From NCBI GenBank assembly GCA_964551995.1, contig CAZKFD010000006.1, positions 2,894-66,893 on the forward strand: a stretch of 64,000 nucleotides of DNA, read 5' to 3'. Positions 35,629 to 44,493 of this stretch are shown here, in pieces. The notes below the pieces were generated by a model. The model had not been told where the DNA came from. It did no database searches and worked only from the letters and a program-made list of their open reading frames with translations. Source of the stretch: an uncultured Eubacteriales bacterium. Its GTDB lineage: Bacteria > Acidobacteriota > Aminicenantia > Aminicenantales > Saccharicenantaceae. The position numbers and the translations under genes were made by a program. Position 1 is the stretch's first letter; every line of letters starts with the position of its first letter.

Positions 35629-35931
35629 TTACATTTTGGCCGACGCAGACGCCGAATCGCCGTTCTCCTCTTCTTCGGCTTCGACCTCGATGCCCAGAAG
35701 CTTGGCCGTGCCCTCGTAGACCATTTTGAGCGACTTCTTCGATTCCTGGAGCTCGGCGAGCCGCCTCCGGACCTTCTGGAGCTCTTTCTCCACTTCGTCG
35801 TCGAGGTTGTCCAGCTGCCTCTTGACCTCGTCCATCGTCCGCTTGTACAGCTCTTCCTGATCCTTGCTCAGACCCATTTCCGTCTCCTTTTGTTGATATT
35901 CGTTCTTTTTCATATTTGTTGCTAAGCTCAT
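35629..35931 (-). CDS. Small acidic coiled-coil protein
   Basis: Heptad-like charged sequence (KDQEELYKRTMDEVKRQLDNLDDEVEKELQKVRRRLAELQESKKSLK). Begins 12 nt after the upstream stop. An alternative start is at 35913. Confidence 0.4.
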   Translation of the reverse strand: MSLATNMKKNEYQQKETEMGLSKDQEELYKRTMDEVKRQLDNLDDEVEKELQKVRRRLAELQESKKSLKMVYEGTAKLLGIEVEAEEEENGDSASASAKM

Positions 35932-35942
35932 GGGGTCTGGCT

Positions 35943-38267
35943 TCACCGGCTCATCTTGAAAGTGATGACGATCGGCTTCCAGACCTTGACAGCCACGCCG
36001 TCCTTTTTCGCCGGCTGGAACTTCCATCTCTTCACGGCGTCCTGGGCGGCCTGTTCCAGGCCCATATCGTCCTGCAATCCCTTGAGGATGCCGGTCCGGA
36101 TGACGTTCCCGGTTTCGCTGATGAGAGCGTTGATGGTGACGGACCCTTCCTTGCCGAACCTCAGGGCCGCCGACGGATACACGGGCTCGAAGGACTTGAT
36201 GACCTGTGGCGGTTCGTCGACGGTGTCGAGATCGACGAGCTGGCCGAAGATGGCTTTGGCCGTCAGCAGGGACTGGTTCTTGAGCTCATCGCCGCCCACC
36301 GTCGAACCCTGGGCCGCCGTCTGGGCGGGTGTCTGCTGGGGTGTCTGCGTCGGCGGTTGAGCGGGGCCCGTTTCCGGCTTGGCGGGGGCCGCGACCGGCT
36401 GTCCGGCCTGGCCCTGGGTTTGTGCCTGGGCGCTCTTGTCCTCTCCCGCGCCGGTCCCCGCCGGCGTCGTCTCCGCGGGCTTCTGCTGGGCGGTGGTCGT
36501 GGCGGTCTTCTTCTGCGGGCCCGCCGCCGGCAGCCTGAGGTGATCGACGCTCGCGGGCTGCGCCGGGATGATGGCATCGGCCGGGCCGGGGAGCGGCTCC
36601 TGCCGGGTCTGCACTGCGGCGGGCGCCGGCTTGGGCTTCGGGCTCACCGCCTTGAGCTTTTCTTCCGGCAGGGGCGGGATGGCATTGTTGGCATTATCCG
36701 CCGTCTCTTCCGAAGGGGTCGATTGGGTCACCGCGGCGGGGTTGTGCGTGACGACCTCGGCCGGCTTGGCGGCGTGCTTGGGCCGGAGGATGAGGAAGCC
36801 CACGGCCGCGACCACGACCAGGCCCGCGGCGACTGCGAGGACGGGCGAAACAGATTTTTTCTTATCGATCTCGTAGATGTCCTTGAACATCCGCGGCTCG
36901 GGTCCCCTCCTGGGCTCGGCAGGCCGGACCGGCTCCCCCCTCGCCGGCGTCTCCGCCCTTTTCTCCGGCTTTTTGGGCTCGGCCCAGGGGCTTGTTTCGG
37001 TTTCGAGCCTCTGGAACGGCGCGGGCCCGACCGGGCGTGCGGCGGCGGGAGGCTCGGGAGCGTGTGCGTGAGCGGCGGGCCGCGCCTGCGGCTGGGCCTG
37101 CATCGAAGGCGGCGCGGGCTTCTGCTTCTCGGCCACGGCGGGAGGCATCGGCGGCGGGGGTGTCGGCTTCAGTTTCTCGGCGAACGCGAAGGGCGTCGGC
37201 GCCGGATGGGCCTGAGGGCCCGGTTTCGGTTTCTCGAAAACAGAAGGAGCGGGAGCGACGGGCGCAGGCGCGGGTTTCGCCTTCAGCGGCGCCGCCGGCG
37301 GCGGGGGCTCGATCTTCGGCTTCTCCGGGACGGGCTCAGGCTTCAGCTCGGGCTTCGGCGGGGCCTTGGCGGCTCTCTTCTTCTCGTGCTCGAGCCCGAA
37401 ATCCGCCAGCGTCTCCTTGAGGAGCGCGTCGATATCCTCGGTCTCAGATTCTTTTTTGACGGCGTCGTGGGCCCTGCCGCCGTGGTCCTTCGGCACCGCG
37501 GGAGGGTGTCCGGCGGCCTTGGCCGGTTCGGACCGGCGCCCTTCCTCTTTTTCCGGCCTGATGTTGAGGAGGCTCTCGAGCCGGATCTCTCCGTCCCCCG
37601 GCAGCTTGGACGCGGGAGCGATCCTGATTTTCGGCAGCGACTCTTTGACGGGCCTGGGCTCTGGAGCAGCCTCGGCGGGCTCGCGTTCCTCACGCCCGGG
37701 GGCGGAATGGGGCCCCGTCTCGAAGCGCGGCCGCTCGTCCCGCGATAGCCTTGTCTCGAAGGCCGGCTTGACGCTGGCCGCGCGGACCTCCGGGGCCGGC
37801 TGCGGGCGCCGCGGCTCTTCCTGGATGGGCTTCATCGCCGAGATGGCCTGAAGCGCCTCGTCCTCATCCTCCCGGGTCTCCGGCTTGATGTCCGGGACCG
37901 TGAGGACGCCGTGGATGGAGGCCAGAAACTTGGGCATGTCGAGGGGCTTTTCGAAGTATTCGGAGGCGCCGTAGGTGCGGAGCGCTTCCGTCCGGTAGAT
38001 GCGGTCCTTGTAGACCCCCGTCATGATGAAGACGGGGATGTTCGTGGACGGATCCTTCGTGATGCGGTCGCAGAGCTCGAAGCCGTGGATCTTGGAGAGC
38101 ATGGCCTCGAGGAGGACCAGATCGGGCTTTTCGCTCTGGTACTTCTCCCAGCCGGCCTGCCCGTCCCCGGCCAGGACGACATCGAAGCCCTCCTGGACGA
38201 GGACCTGCTCGAGCGCCTGGAGGGACGCCTGGTCATAATCGATGACGAGAATCTTCTTCTTGCCCAT
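35943..38267 (-). CDS. Receiver (REC) domain::Pro/Ala-rich linker::TM::TonB C-terminal domain fusion protein
   Basis: N-terminal CheY-like fold (KKILVIDYDQ..., PDLVLLEAML, FIMTG, EKP) with Glu at the phospho-acceptor position. One central TM (VSPVLAVAAGLVVVAAVGFLIL). C-terminal TonB_C (SFEPVYPSAALRFGKEGSVTINALISETGNV...AVKRWKFQPAKKDG). Confidence 0.8.
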   Translation of the reverse strand: MGKKKILVIDYDQASLQALEQVLVQEGFDVVLAGDGQAGWEKYQSEKPDLVLLEAMLSKIHGFELCDRITKDPSTNIPVFIMTGVYKDRIYRTEALRTYGASEYFEKPLDMPKFLASIHGVLTVPDIKPETREDEDEALQAISAMKPIQEEPRRPQPAPEVRAASVKPAFETRLSRDERPRFETGPHSAPGREEREPAEAAPEPRPVKESLPKIRIAPASKLPGDGEIRLESLLNIRPEKEEGRRSEPAKAAGHPPAVPKDHGGRAHDAVKKESETEDIDALLKETLADFGLEHEKKRAAKAPPKPELKPEPVPEKPKIEPPPPAAPLKAKPAPAPVAPAPSVFEKPKPGPQAHPAPTPFAFAEKLKPTPPPPMPPAVAEKQKPAPPSMQAQPQARPAAHAHAPEPPAAARPVGPAPFQRLETETSPWAEPKKPEKRAETPARGEPVRPAEPRRGPEPRMFKDIYEIDKKKSVSPVLAVAAGLVVVAAVGFLILRPKHAAKPAEVVTHNPAAVTQSTPSEETADNANNAIPPLPEEKLKAVSPKPKPAPAAVQTRQEPLPGPADAIIPAQPASVDHLRLPAAGPQKKTATTTAQQKPAETTPAGTGAGEDKSAQAQTQGQAGQPVAAPAKPETGPAQPPTQTPQQTPAQTAAQGSTVGGDELKNQSLLTAKAIFGQLVDLDTVDEPPQVIKSFEPVYPSAALRFGKEGSVTINALISETGNVIRTGILKGLQDDMGLEQAAQDAVKRWKFQPAKKDGVAVKVWKPIVITFKMSR

Positions 38268-38528
38268 CTCGCAGGCCTTTCAGGCTTTTACTGCGTCCTT
38301 TCGGCTCTATTCTGTCTCACCCCCAGACCCGGTCAATCACCCCTTAGGGTGATTTCAAGGATGATATTCCCCCCCGGCGCCTGAGGAGGGAGAATCATCA
38401 GCTTTCGGACGGCCCTTGCCGCCCGGCGCCGCGGTCCCGGCGGCGGCGATTATTAATTTTTCTTTGCCCCGAGCTCTCCTTTTTAATACAATGCCGGCGG
38501 ACAACACGTCGAAGGGAGGGTGTGAACG

Positions 38529-39239
38529 ATGAGCGAGGCGACGAAACGCGGTTTCGGATGGATCCCGGACTATCCCGATTTCCGGGATTTCACCGAAGAC
38601 ACGCCGGGGGTCCGCGAGATCCTGGCGGCGGCCGGGATCCGCGCGGCTGCGGGAACGCGGGGGACGGCGGTGAATGGGGCGGGGCGCGCGACGCCCCCGG
38701 GGGCGCCGCCGGCCGCGGTGGACCTCCGCGAGTGGGCCTCGGCCGTCGAGGACCAGGGCGCCCTCGGCTCCTGCACGGCCCATGCCGGGGCCGGGGTCAT
38801 CGAGTATTACGAGCGCAAGTCGTTCGGCCGGCACATCGATGCCTCGCGCCTTTTCCTCTACAAGGCCACGCGTAACCTGATGAAGATGAAGGGGGACACC
38901 GGCGCCTACCTGAGGTTGACGATGGGGGCCATGGTCCTCTTCGGCGTCGCGCCTGAGGAATACTGGCCCTACACGGACGATGATCAGGAGTTCGACAGGG
39001 AGCCGCCGGCGTTCTGTTACGCGTTCGCCCAGAATTATAAGACGATCAAGTATTACCGGCACGACCCGCCCGGGCTGGCGCGGCGGCGGGTCCTCGACCG
39101 GCTCAAGACCTACATCGCGGCCGGCCACCCGGCGATGTTCGGCTTCACCGTCTACAGCTCCGTTAAAGCAGCAGTTTTTCGTAGGGAAATATCAGTCGCT
39201 ATCGACAAAATACCGATAAATACCGATAATTTCAATTAA
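38529..39239 (+). pseudogene. Papain-like (C1 family) cysteine peptidase, 3'-truncated at a GC-content cliff (~39163)
   Basis: Catalytic Gln/Cys block VEDQGALGSCTAHAG and family blocks up to ...HPAMFGFTVYSS. The His/Asn half is missing. The last 24 codons (KAAVFRREISVAIDKIPINTDNFN*) are AT-rich foreign sequence. Confidence 0.65.
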
Positions 39240-39788
39240 AGGCCAGTTATTATACCTCCCTCTATAATAAGACCTATGCTCCGAGTACCCGCCTCCAAGG
39301 ACTGCATAAAATACTTAAATTTACGCTTTTTTTAACAATAAAGGTCCGAAAAGGCACGGCAAAATAGCGATAGAAAATGTGGGAAATAAACCCTTATCCG
39401 GTAATATAAATAACGCCGATAAAATGGTAAAGGGAGGAGATTTTGCCCGCCCTAAATAGGGGATTGCAAAATGCAATAAGAAACAAAGTTTTTAGAGCCC
39501 GAGTTTTATAGTAAGTCATGAAGAACCCCCGACCCACCTGTCTTAAAGGGGGCGAGGTTAAATTGGAGAGAAACGTAGACCGATTTAAAGAGAGCGGACC
39601 ATGACCGTTCTGGTTTGCGTTGGACCTCAAAATAATAGACGCCCGACGGTATTCGGGGATCCCTCCCATTACAAAGGTCCATAGGTTCGCCTTTCGTGTT
39701 TGGAGAACAGGCTAAAGCTGCATCCTTACCCTATTAGCTGACAATTCCGTCGTGCAGACCGTCGGGGCGGGTAAAATTAGACGAGTTC

Positions 39789-40820
39789 TTAATGGTTCGG
39801 GCCGAGGAGGGCGTCCGCCTTTTCTGCGGCTTTTATAAAGGTCTCAGCCGATGGGTGAAGATATTTTTGGGTCATTAGGATATTCGCGTGGCCGAGGATT
39901 CGGCTCACAGTCGCGATATCCACTCCGGCTTCGATAAGCCCCGAAGCATAGCTGTGCCTCAGGTCGTGAAATCTGAGATCCTCGATCTGGGCCGCGACGC
40001 AGGCATTATGGAAGCTATCATAAATTGACTGGAGAGGACGGCCTTTTTTTTGCCCGGGGAAGACGAATTCGGAGCATCGGGGGAGGGCGTCGAGAGCTGC
40101 GGCGACGGCAGGGCCGAAAGGAACCTTGCGCGACTTTCCTGATTTTGATATCCGGACGATTATGAGGCGTCTGTCGAAATCGATGTCCTTCCACCTCAAA
40201 GCGAATAGCTCACCCCTCCTTAAGCCAGTCGCCAACGCTGTAATGATGATAGGCCTTATCCTCTCGCCCGCGGCAGCGAGGAGCCTTGAAGTTTCGTCTT
40301 TGGTTAATATCCGGTCAACAGGCGGTGGTTCTGGAAGTTTCCTCACTCTTGCCGCAGGGTTCTGATCGAGCTTCCCCCACTCGACGGCTTTATTGAAGAC
40401 CATCTTCAGAAAGCTCAAGTCCCTGTTAGTCGTCGAGTTCGATACCTGAGCGGCCCGAGTAGCTGTGAAAGTCGCCACTTCCTGAGTGGTGATTTGATGG
40501 AGAGACTTGGCCTGGAAGAACTGGCAGAGGATCTTCAGGTGGCCCTCATCGCCCTTCCAACTCTTCTTATGGGCTTTCGAGTAGACCTCAATGACCTGAC
40601 GGGCGAATTTCTCAAACGGGATGTTCTCGAATTCGGGCTTTGCGAGCCCGACCAGCTCGTCCATCAAGCGTGTCTTCATGCGCACCAGAGCGGCTTCTGC
40701 TTGGGCTTTGGTAAAGAATCCCCCGTGGCGGTGGCGGACACCTTTAAACGTGAAATCAAACGCCCAGCCGTTAGAAGTTCGGTAAAGAGTCCGGGTTCTG
40801 CGCTTTTTCCGTTTTGTCAT
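39789..40820 (-). CDS. Tyrosine-type site-specific recombinase / phage integrase
   Basis: C-terminal catalytic blocks: GLRRGELFAL (Arg), HDLRHSYAS (H-x-x-R), LGHANILMTQKYLH (His...Tyr). Lower GC than the flanks. Confidence 0.9.
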   Translation of the reverse strand: MTKRKKRRTRTLYRTSNGWAFDFTFKGVRHRHGGFFTKAQAEAALVRMKTRLMDELVGLAKPEFENIPFEKFARQVIEVYSKAHKKSWKGDEGHLKILCQFFQAKSLHQITTQEVATFTATRAAQVSNSTTNRDLSFLKMVFNKAVEWGKLDQNPAARVRKLPEPPPVDRILTKDETSRLLAAAGERIRPIIITALATGLRRGELFALRWKDIDFDRRLIIVRISKSGKSRKVPFGPAVAAALDALPRCSEFVFPGQKKGRPLQSIYDSFHNACVAAQIEDLRFHDLRHSYASGLIEAGVDIATVSRILGHANILMTQKYLHPSAETFIKAAEKADALLGPNH

Positions 40821-40950
40821 TTTAATCTTGCCCTTTTAATCTAAAGCATTCGCCTAATAAAGACTATATATGACTAATTATAACACATCTTATCATAAAT
40901 TAGAAGGGATTTCTTGATTCAATTATCATTGCCGGATATCATTTACCCTA

Positions 40951-41169
40951 ATGGAAAAAACCGGACTGATGACCAAGGAAGAAGTCCAGGAATATCTAAG
41001 GATTTCTCACCAGACACTTCAGCGCTATATGAAGGAATATTGCCTTCCCTATATAAAGCTTGGTCGTCGCGTCCTCTTCGACCCCGTGGCATTGAGGGCA
41101 TGGCTTAAGACAAAGACGATTGTCTCAGGAATAACGGCGAAGGCTTCGCGACGGCGAACTAATCGTTGA
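40951..41169 (+). CDS. Excisionase-family / MerR-like helix-turn-helix DNA-binding protein
   Basis: 72 aa. LMTKEEVQEYLRISHQTLQRYMKEYCLPYIKLGRRVLFDPVALRAWL matches the HTH_17/excisionase pattern. Divergent from the integrase. Confidence 0.75.
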   Translation: MEKTGLMTKEEVQEYLRISHQTLQRYMKEYCLPYIKLGRRVLFDPVALRAWLKTKTIVSGITAKASRRRTNR

Positions 41170-41524
41170 TAAGCGGGCATTTAGATTTATAAGAAAATCT
41201 CCCCTTTCTCAGTAATACTTTTGTTGAAGCACTGAGTCGCCGTCACTTTATCACGTTCTATATTGGTGAGAGTGGGTGAAGATTAATCCTACCACGTAAG
41301 CCCATGAAGATGATCCTGATCCTTTCCTCGGCGCGCACATCCTCTAGCGGACTTGCCGGTGGATTTCCTAGACGACCAATTCAGTCTGTAGGTGTCATTC
41401 TACCGTCATTCATATTTCCTGATTTGACGATAGCTTGCAAGAGATGATTGGACCTTAGAATCGCACTGACGCAAATCAACTCTGTCAAGATCCGAATTAA
41501 CAGTAATCGGCCGTAGGGTTTCTC

Positions 41525-43336
41525 TTAGGCCGGTTGTTGCTCCTCGATGAGGATCTGGAGGATTTCGAGTTCATCGGCGTCGAACCAAATCCGGGAGCAA
41601 GCGAGGCACTTGTCCACAGGGACGAAGTACTCGTAGTTGTACGGCCGGGCGACCATCCCGTAGCCGCAGTACGGGCAGGGGATCCGTTCGGTGAGGGAGT
41701 CGTTGATTTTCCGCCGCTCGACAGGGTTTAGCTGGACACGGTTCCGGAACGCCTGGGCCTTAGCCAGGAGATCGTCCGAGAACGCGACCTCCCGCCGGAC
41801 GATGATGCGGTCGACGGTCGCCATCTCGACGAGCTTGCCGGTGCATGAAGTGCAGAAGCCGACGGGGACGCCTTCGTAGTAGGTTTCTGAGAGCGCCACG
41901 TGGCAGCGGGGGCAGAGGTTGCGGCGGCCGGAGGCGAGGGGCTTGTTCGCGGCCGGGTCGTGGAGGGCGACGCGGACCTGGGGGAACTCCCGGGCCTTGG
42001 CTTCGATCCTCTCCTGCGTGTTCTTGATCCTTGAGAGCAGCGTGAAGCGCGGGTTCGAGAGGAGCTCCGACATGGTGAACGGCCCTTCCCATCTCTCCGG
42101 GAGGTTCGTCGCGAGCAGCCAGATGTGCGAACCGGATACGGCCGGGCCGCCGCCCGGCGCATTGAGGGGAGACGGGGCTTCGGCCGCGCCGATGGGCGCT
42201 GGCGCTGCCTCGGCGTTCGCCTCGCGCTTCAGGTCCGGGAAGAGCTCGAGTTGGCGCTTCCGGATCTCGTCGAAGGAGTGGATGACGCCGCGGGCCTGCT
42301 CGCGCTGGGCCTCGCTTTCCCGGACCTCGGCGATGATTTCCTCCGGCGTCTTGGCGGCCATGGCCGCGAGAAGGCCGAGGCGCTTCATGAAGGGCGGGTG
42401 GGTGTTGAAGATCCGCCCGGCGGGGGTGTCGGGGATGTCCCGGGAATCGGGCGGGACGATGAAGAGGGGAGCGTAGGTCATCGAGAAGTTGCCGATGAAT
42501 GAGTTCTTGACCTGCGCCTTATAGATGATCCGGGCGAGGGAGTCGGGCGAGCGGCAGAACTCGACGGCCGCGGCGTCGGCCAGAAGCTCCCTCTCGCGGC
42601 TCACGAGCGTACTCAGGAGATGCATGATCAGGGCTGAGAGGCTGACGGCGAAGTAGAAGAAGGCGGGTGAGATACGGGAGGTTCCAGATGAGCTGCCGGG
42701 CGCGCGCGTGCCGCGGAAGTCGTCGTCTTCTGGCTCGAGCGCCTCGCAGAGCTTCTCGAAAATGTTGGCTAGGGAACAGACGAGGGTCAGGGTGAAGGCG
42801 TCGCCGCGGGCGATGTGGGCGAGCTCGTGAGCGGCGACGGCTTGAAGCTCGTCGCGAGTGCCGTCGGCGAGGAGGCCCTCTGTGACGGCCACGGCCGGCG
42901 TCCGGCCCTCCTCGACGAGGGCGAGGGAGTTGATGGCGAAGGAGGGGAGGACATACGCGTTGACGCGGGGCAACCCGGCCGCGATCCGGATCTCGTCGAG
43001 CGTGTCGAGAAACTGCTTATGGTATCGGTCGTTCGGGTCCGGGATGACGGCCTGAAGCCGCTTGAGGATGTAGCGCGGGCCGTTGCGCTTGGCATCAAGG
43101 AAGTGGAGGCCGCCGGAAACGGTCGCGGCGGCGAGGTCGATGACGAAGAAGCGGAACCAGAAGGCCGACGACGCCAGCATCCCGCCTCCGAAGAAAAGGC
43201 TGACGACGAGCAGGAAGATCAGGGCGATGAAGCCGAGCGCGGCGAAGTAGAAGGCGATGACGGCGATGAACAGAAAGAAGCTCTTGGCCCGCTGGCTTTT
43301 CTGGATCTCGTAGAAATCCCTGGCAACCGCTGGCAT
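41525..43336 (-). CDS. M48-family (HtpX-like) zinc metalloprotease fused to a cytoplasmic tail with two zinc-ribbon domains
   Basis: Two N-terminal TMs, HExxH (AAHELAHIARGD), further TMs and a downstream Glu context. C-terminal CPRC...CTSC and CPYC...CLAC...IWFDADELEIL match the zf-TFIIB-like ribbon pattern. A tentative GYF_2-like segment is present (IWLLATNLPERWEGPFTMSELL). Confidence 0.75.
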   Translation of the reverse strand: MPAVARDFYEIQKSQRAKSFFLFIAVIAFYFAALGFIALIFLLVVSLFFGGGMLASSAFWFRFFVIDLAAATVSGGLHFLDAKRNGPRYILKRLQAVIPDPNDRYHKQFLDTLDEIRIAAGLPRVNAYVLPSFAINSLALVEEGRTPAVAVTEGLLADGTRDELQAVAAHELAHIARGDAFTLTLVCSLANIFEKLCEALEPEDDDFRGTRAPGSSSGTSRISPAFFYFAVSLSALIMHLLSTLVSRERELLADAAAVEFCRSPDSLARIIYKAQVKNSFIGNFSMTYAPLFIVPPDSRDIPDTPAGRIFNTHPPFMKRLGLLAAMAAKTPEEIIAEVRESEAQREQARGVIHSFDEIRKRQLELFPDLKREANAEAAPAPIGAAEAPSPLNAPGGGPAVSGSHIWLLATNLPERWEGPFTMSELLSNPRFTLLSRIKNTQERIEAKAREFPQVRVALHDPAANKPLASGRRNLCPRCHVALSETYYEGVPVGFCTSCTGKLVEMATVDRIIVRREVAFSDDLLAKAQAFRNRVQLNPVERRKINDSLTERIPCPYCGYGMVARPYNYEYFVPVDKCLACSRIWFDADELEILQILIEEQQPA

Positions 43337-44493
43337 GATGCTCCCCGCATGATAACCGAAATAAAATCTCCTCGCAAGTAGCTATTTTATGCCTTGGCTA
43401 TGGCAACTAGCTGAGGATAAATAAATTAGAAAAAATTTCGGGGCATCTTCGGGCCGTATTCGCAATTTTTGCTGACGAAGATCGAATTTGAGCATATGAG
43501 TGCTGGACGGCTTTGCTTTCTTGTCCGCGAAAAACGCTCTTAAGGGCAAAAACGGCTATATATTTTTTCTAATTGCTGCATTTTCAATGAGATGCCACAA
43601 CCAAGGCGTAATGAGCAGAAGGGATAGGGAAACTTTTGCCGCCAGCGATGCGTATAAACTGACGAGAGAGATAAGACAATGCGGAGGGATTTAAGGTTTC
43701 ATTCGGACTGGGACAAAGGCGCCGCGCGAGTGGCTGCGCTCGACAATTCGTGCCCTCCAGAGCGGACAAATGACGCAAGGAATTTACATTTTGTCTTGGC
43801 TCCGGACACGTTTCCAGGCGGGATGAAGTGCGGCTAATGTGGCACGGACTTTGCATTATCGTGTAGTGAATATGATGAATAAGGTGGCCTGATATGAAGA
43901 AAGCACTTATGGGATTTTTCTCTGTCCTGCTCATCTTCGCTTCGCTTTGGGGCGTCAAGACCCTTAACGTCCGATCGCGATCAGAGCACAGGTCCGACAC
44001 CGCGATGTGGGTCTGAACATCGGCTCCACAAGGCGAGCGGAGGAAACCTATGATGCCCGTAGAGCGTATATATAAATGAGGGTTTGAGATGATGATCGAA
44101 AAGAGCGCGATCATGACAATCGGGGCGCTGACCGCAGCCGAGATGGAGCGGCCTATGCAGATCCGTCTCTCCCTGAATCCGGGCGCGCCTGTGATCCATC
44201 AGATGTCGGCCGCCGTGGACAAGAAGCTCCGCGCCGGCGCACACCGCATCTCCGTGAAACACTTCTCCTATAAAAAGCGCATCCAGATCGAAAGGATCAA
44301 TTGAAGAGGCGCCCTGAGTCGAAGCCGGAGCGGCTGATTTTCGATCTCCACGAGCAATTTTCCCGGCCGGACGCTTGACTAGTCTTGCCAGGCGACAATC
44401 CCTTGGATTTCCGCAGGCCGTCGTGCGCGCTGGCGCCGCCCTGGTTGATTTCTCCCGCGGCTATTGGTTAAATTAAGATAAGCGAGGGCGGAT

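Noticed and set aside
35916-37748. 610-aa ORF antisense to the REC::TonB gene
   Set aside because: It is a G/R/L-rich low-complexity translation of the complement of a Pro/Ala-rich linker. There is no start context.
39394-39669. 91-aa ORF in the AT-rich stretch beside the integrase (and 43584..44114, 43981..44262, 59451..59753, 59027..59275)
   Set aside because: None has an SD or sensible start context. Their composition is typical of random ORFs in AT-rich DNA, and no motifs were recognised.
39170-39788. Searched for a tRNA/tmRNA gene or att direct repeat next to the integrase (also in 41170-41524 and 43337-44493)
   Set aside because: I saw no cloverleaf-compatible sequence and no GGTTCGAATCC-type T-loop. 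The only shared words between the putative island ends are 6-8-mers (for example GATAAATA), which is too short to call an att site by eye.
41303-41347. Short open stretch HEDDPDPFLGAHIL*, considered as the missing His-containing half of the truncated C1 peptidase
   Set aside because: It is only 14 codons long and bounded by stops. It lacks the GGHA...GYD and NSWG blocks, so the resemblance is too weak.
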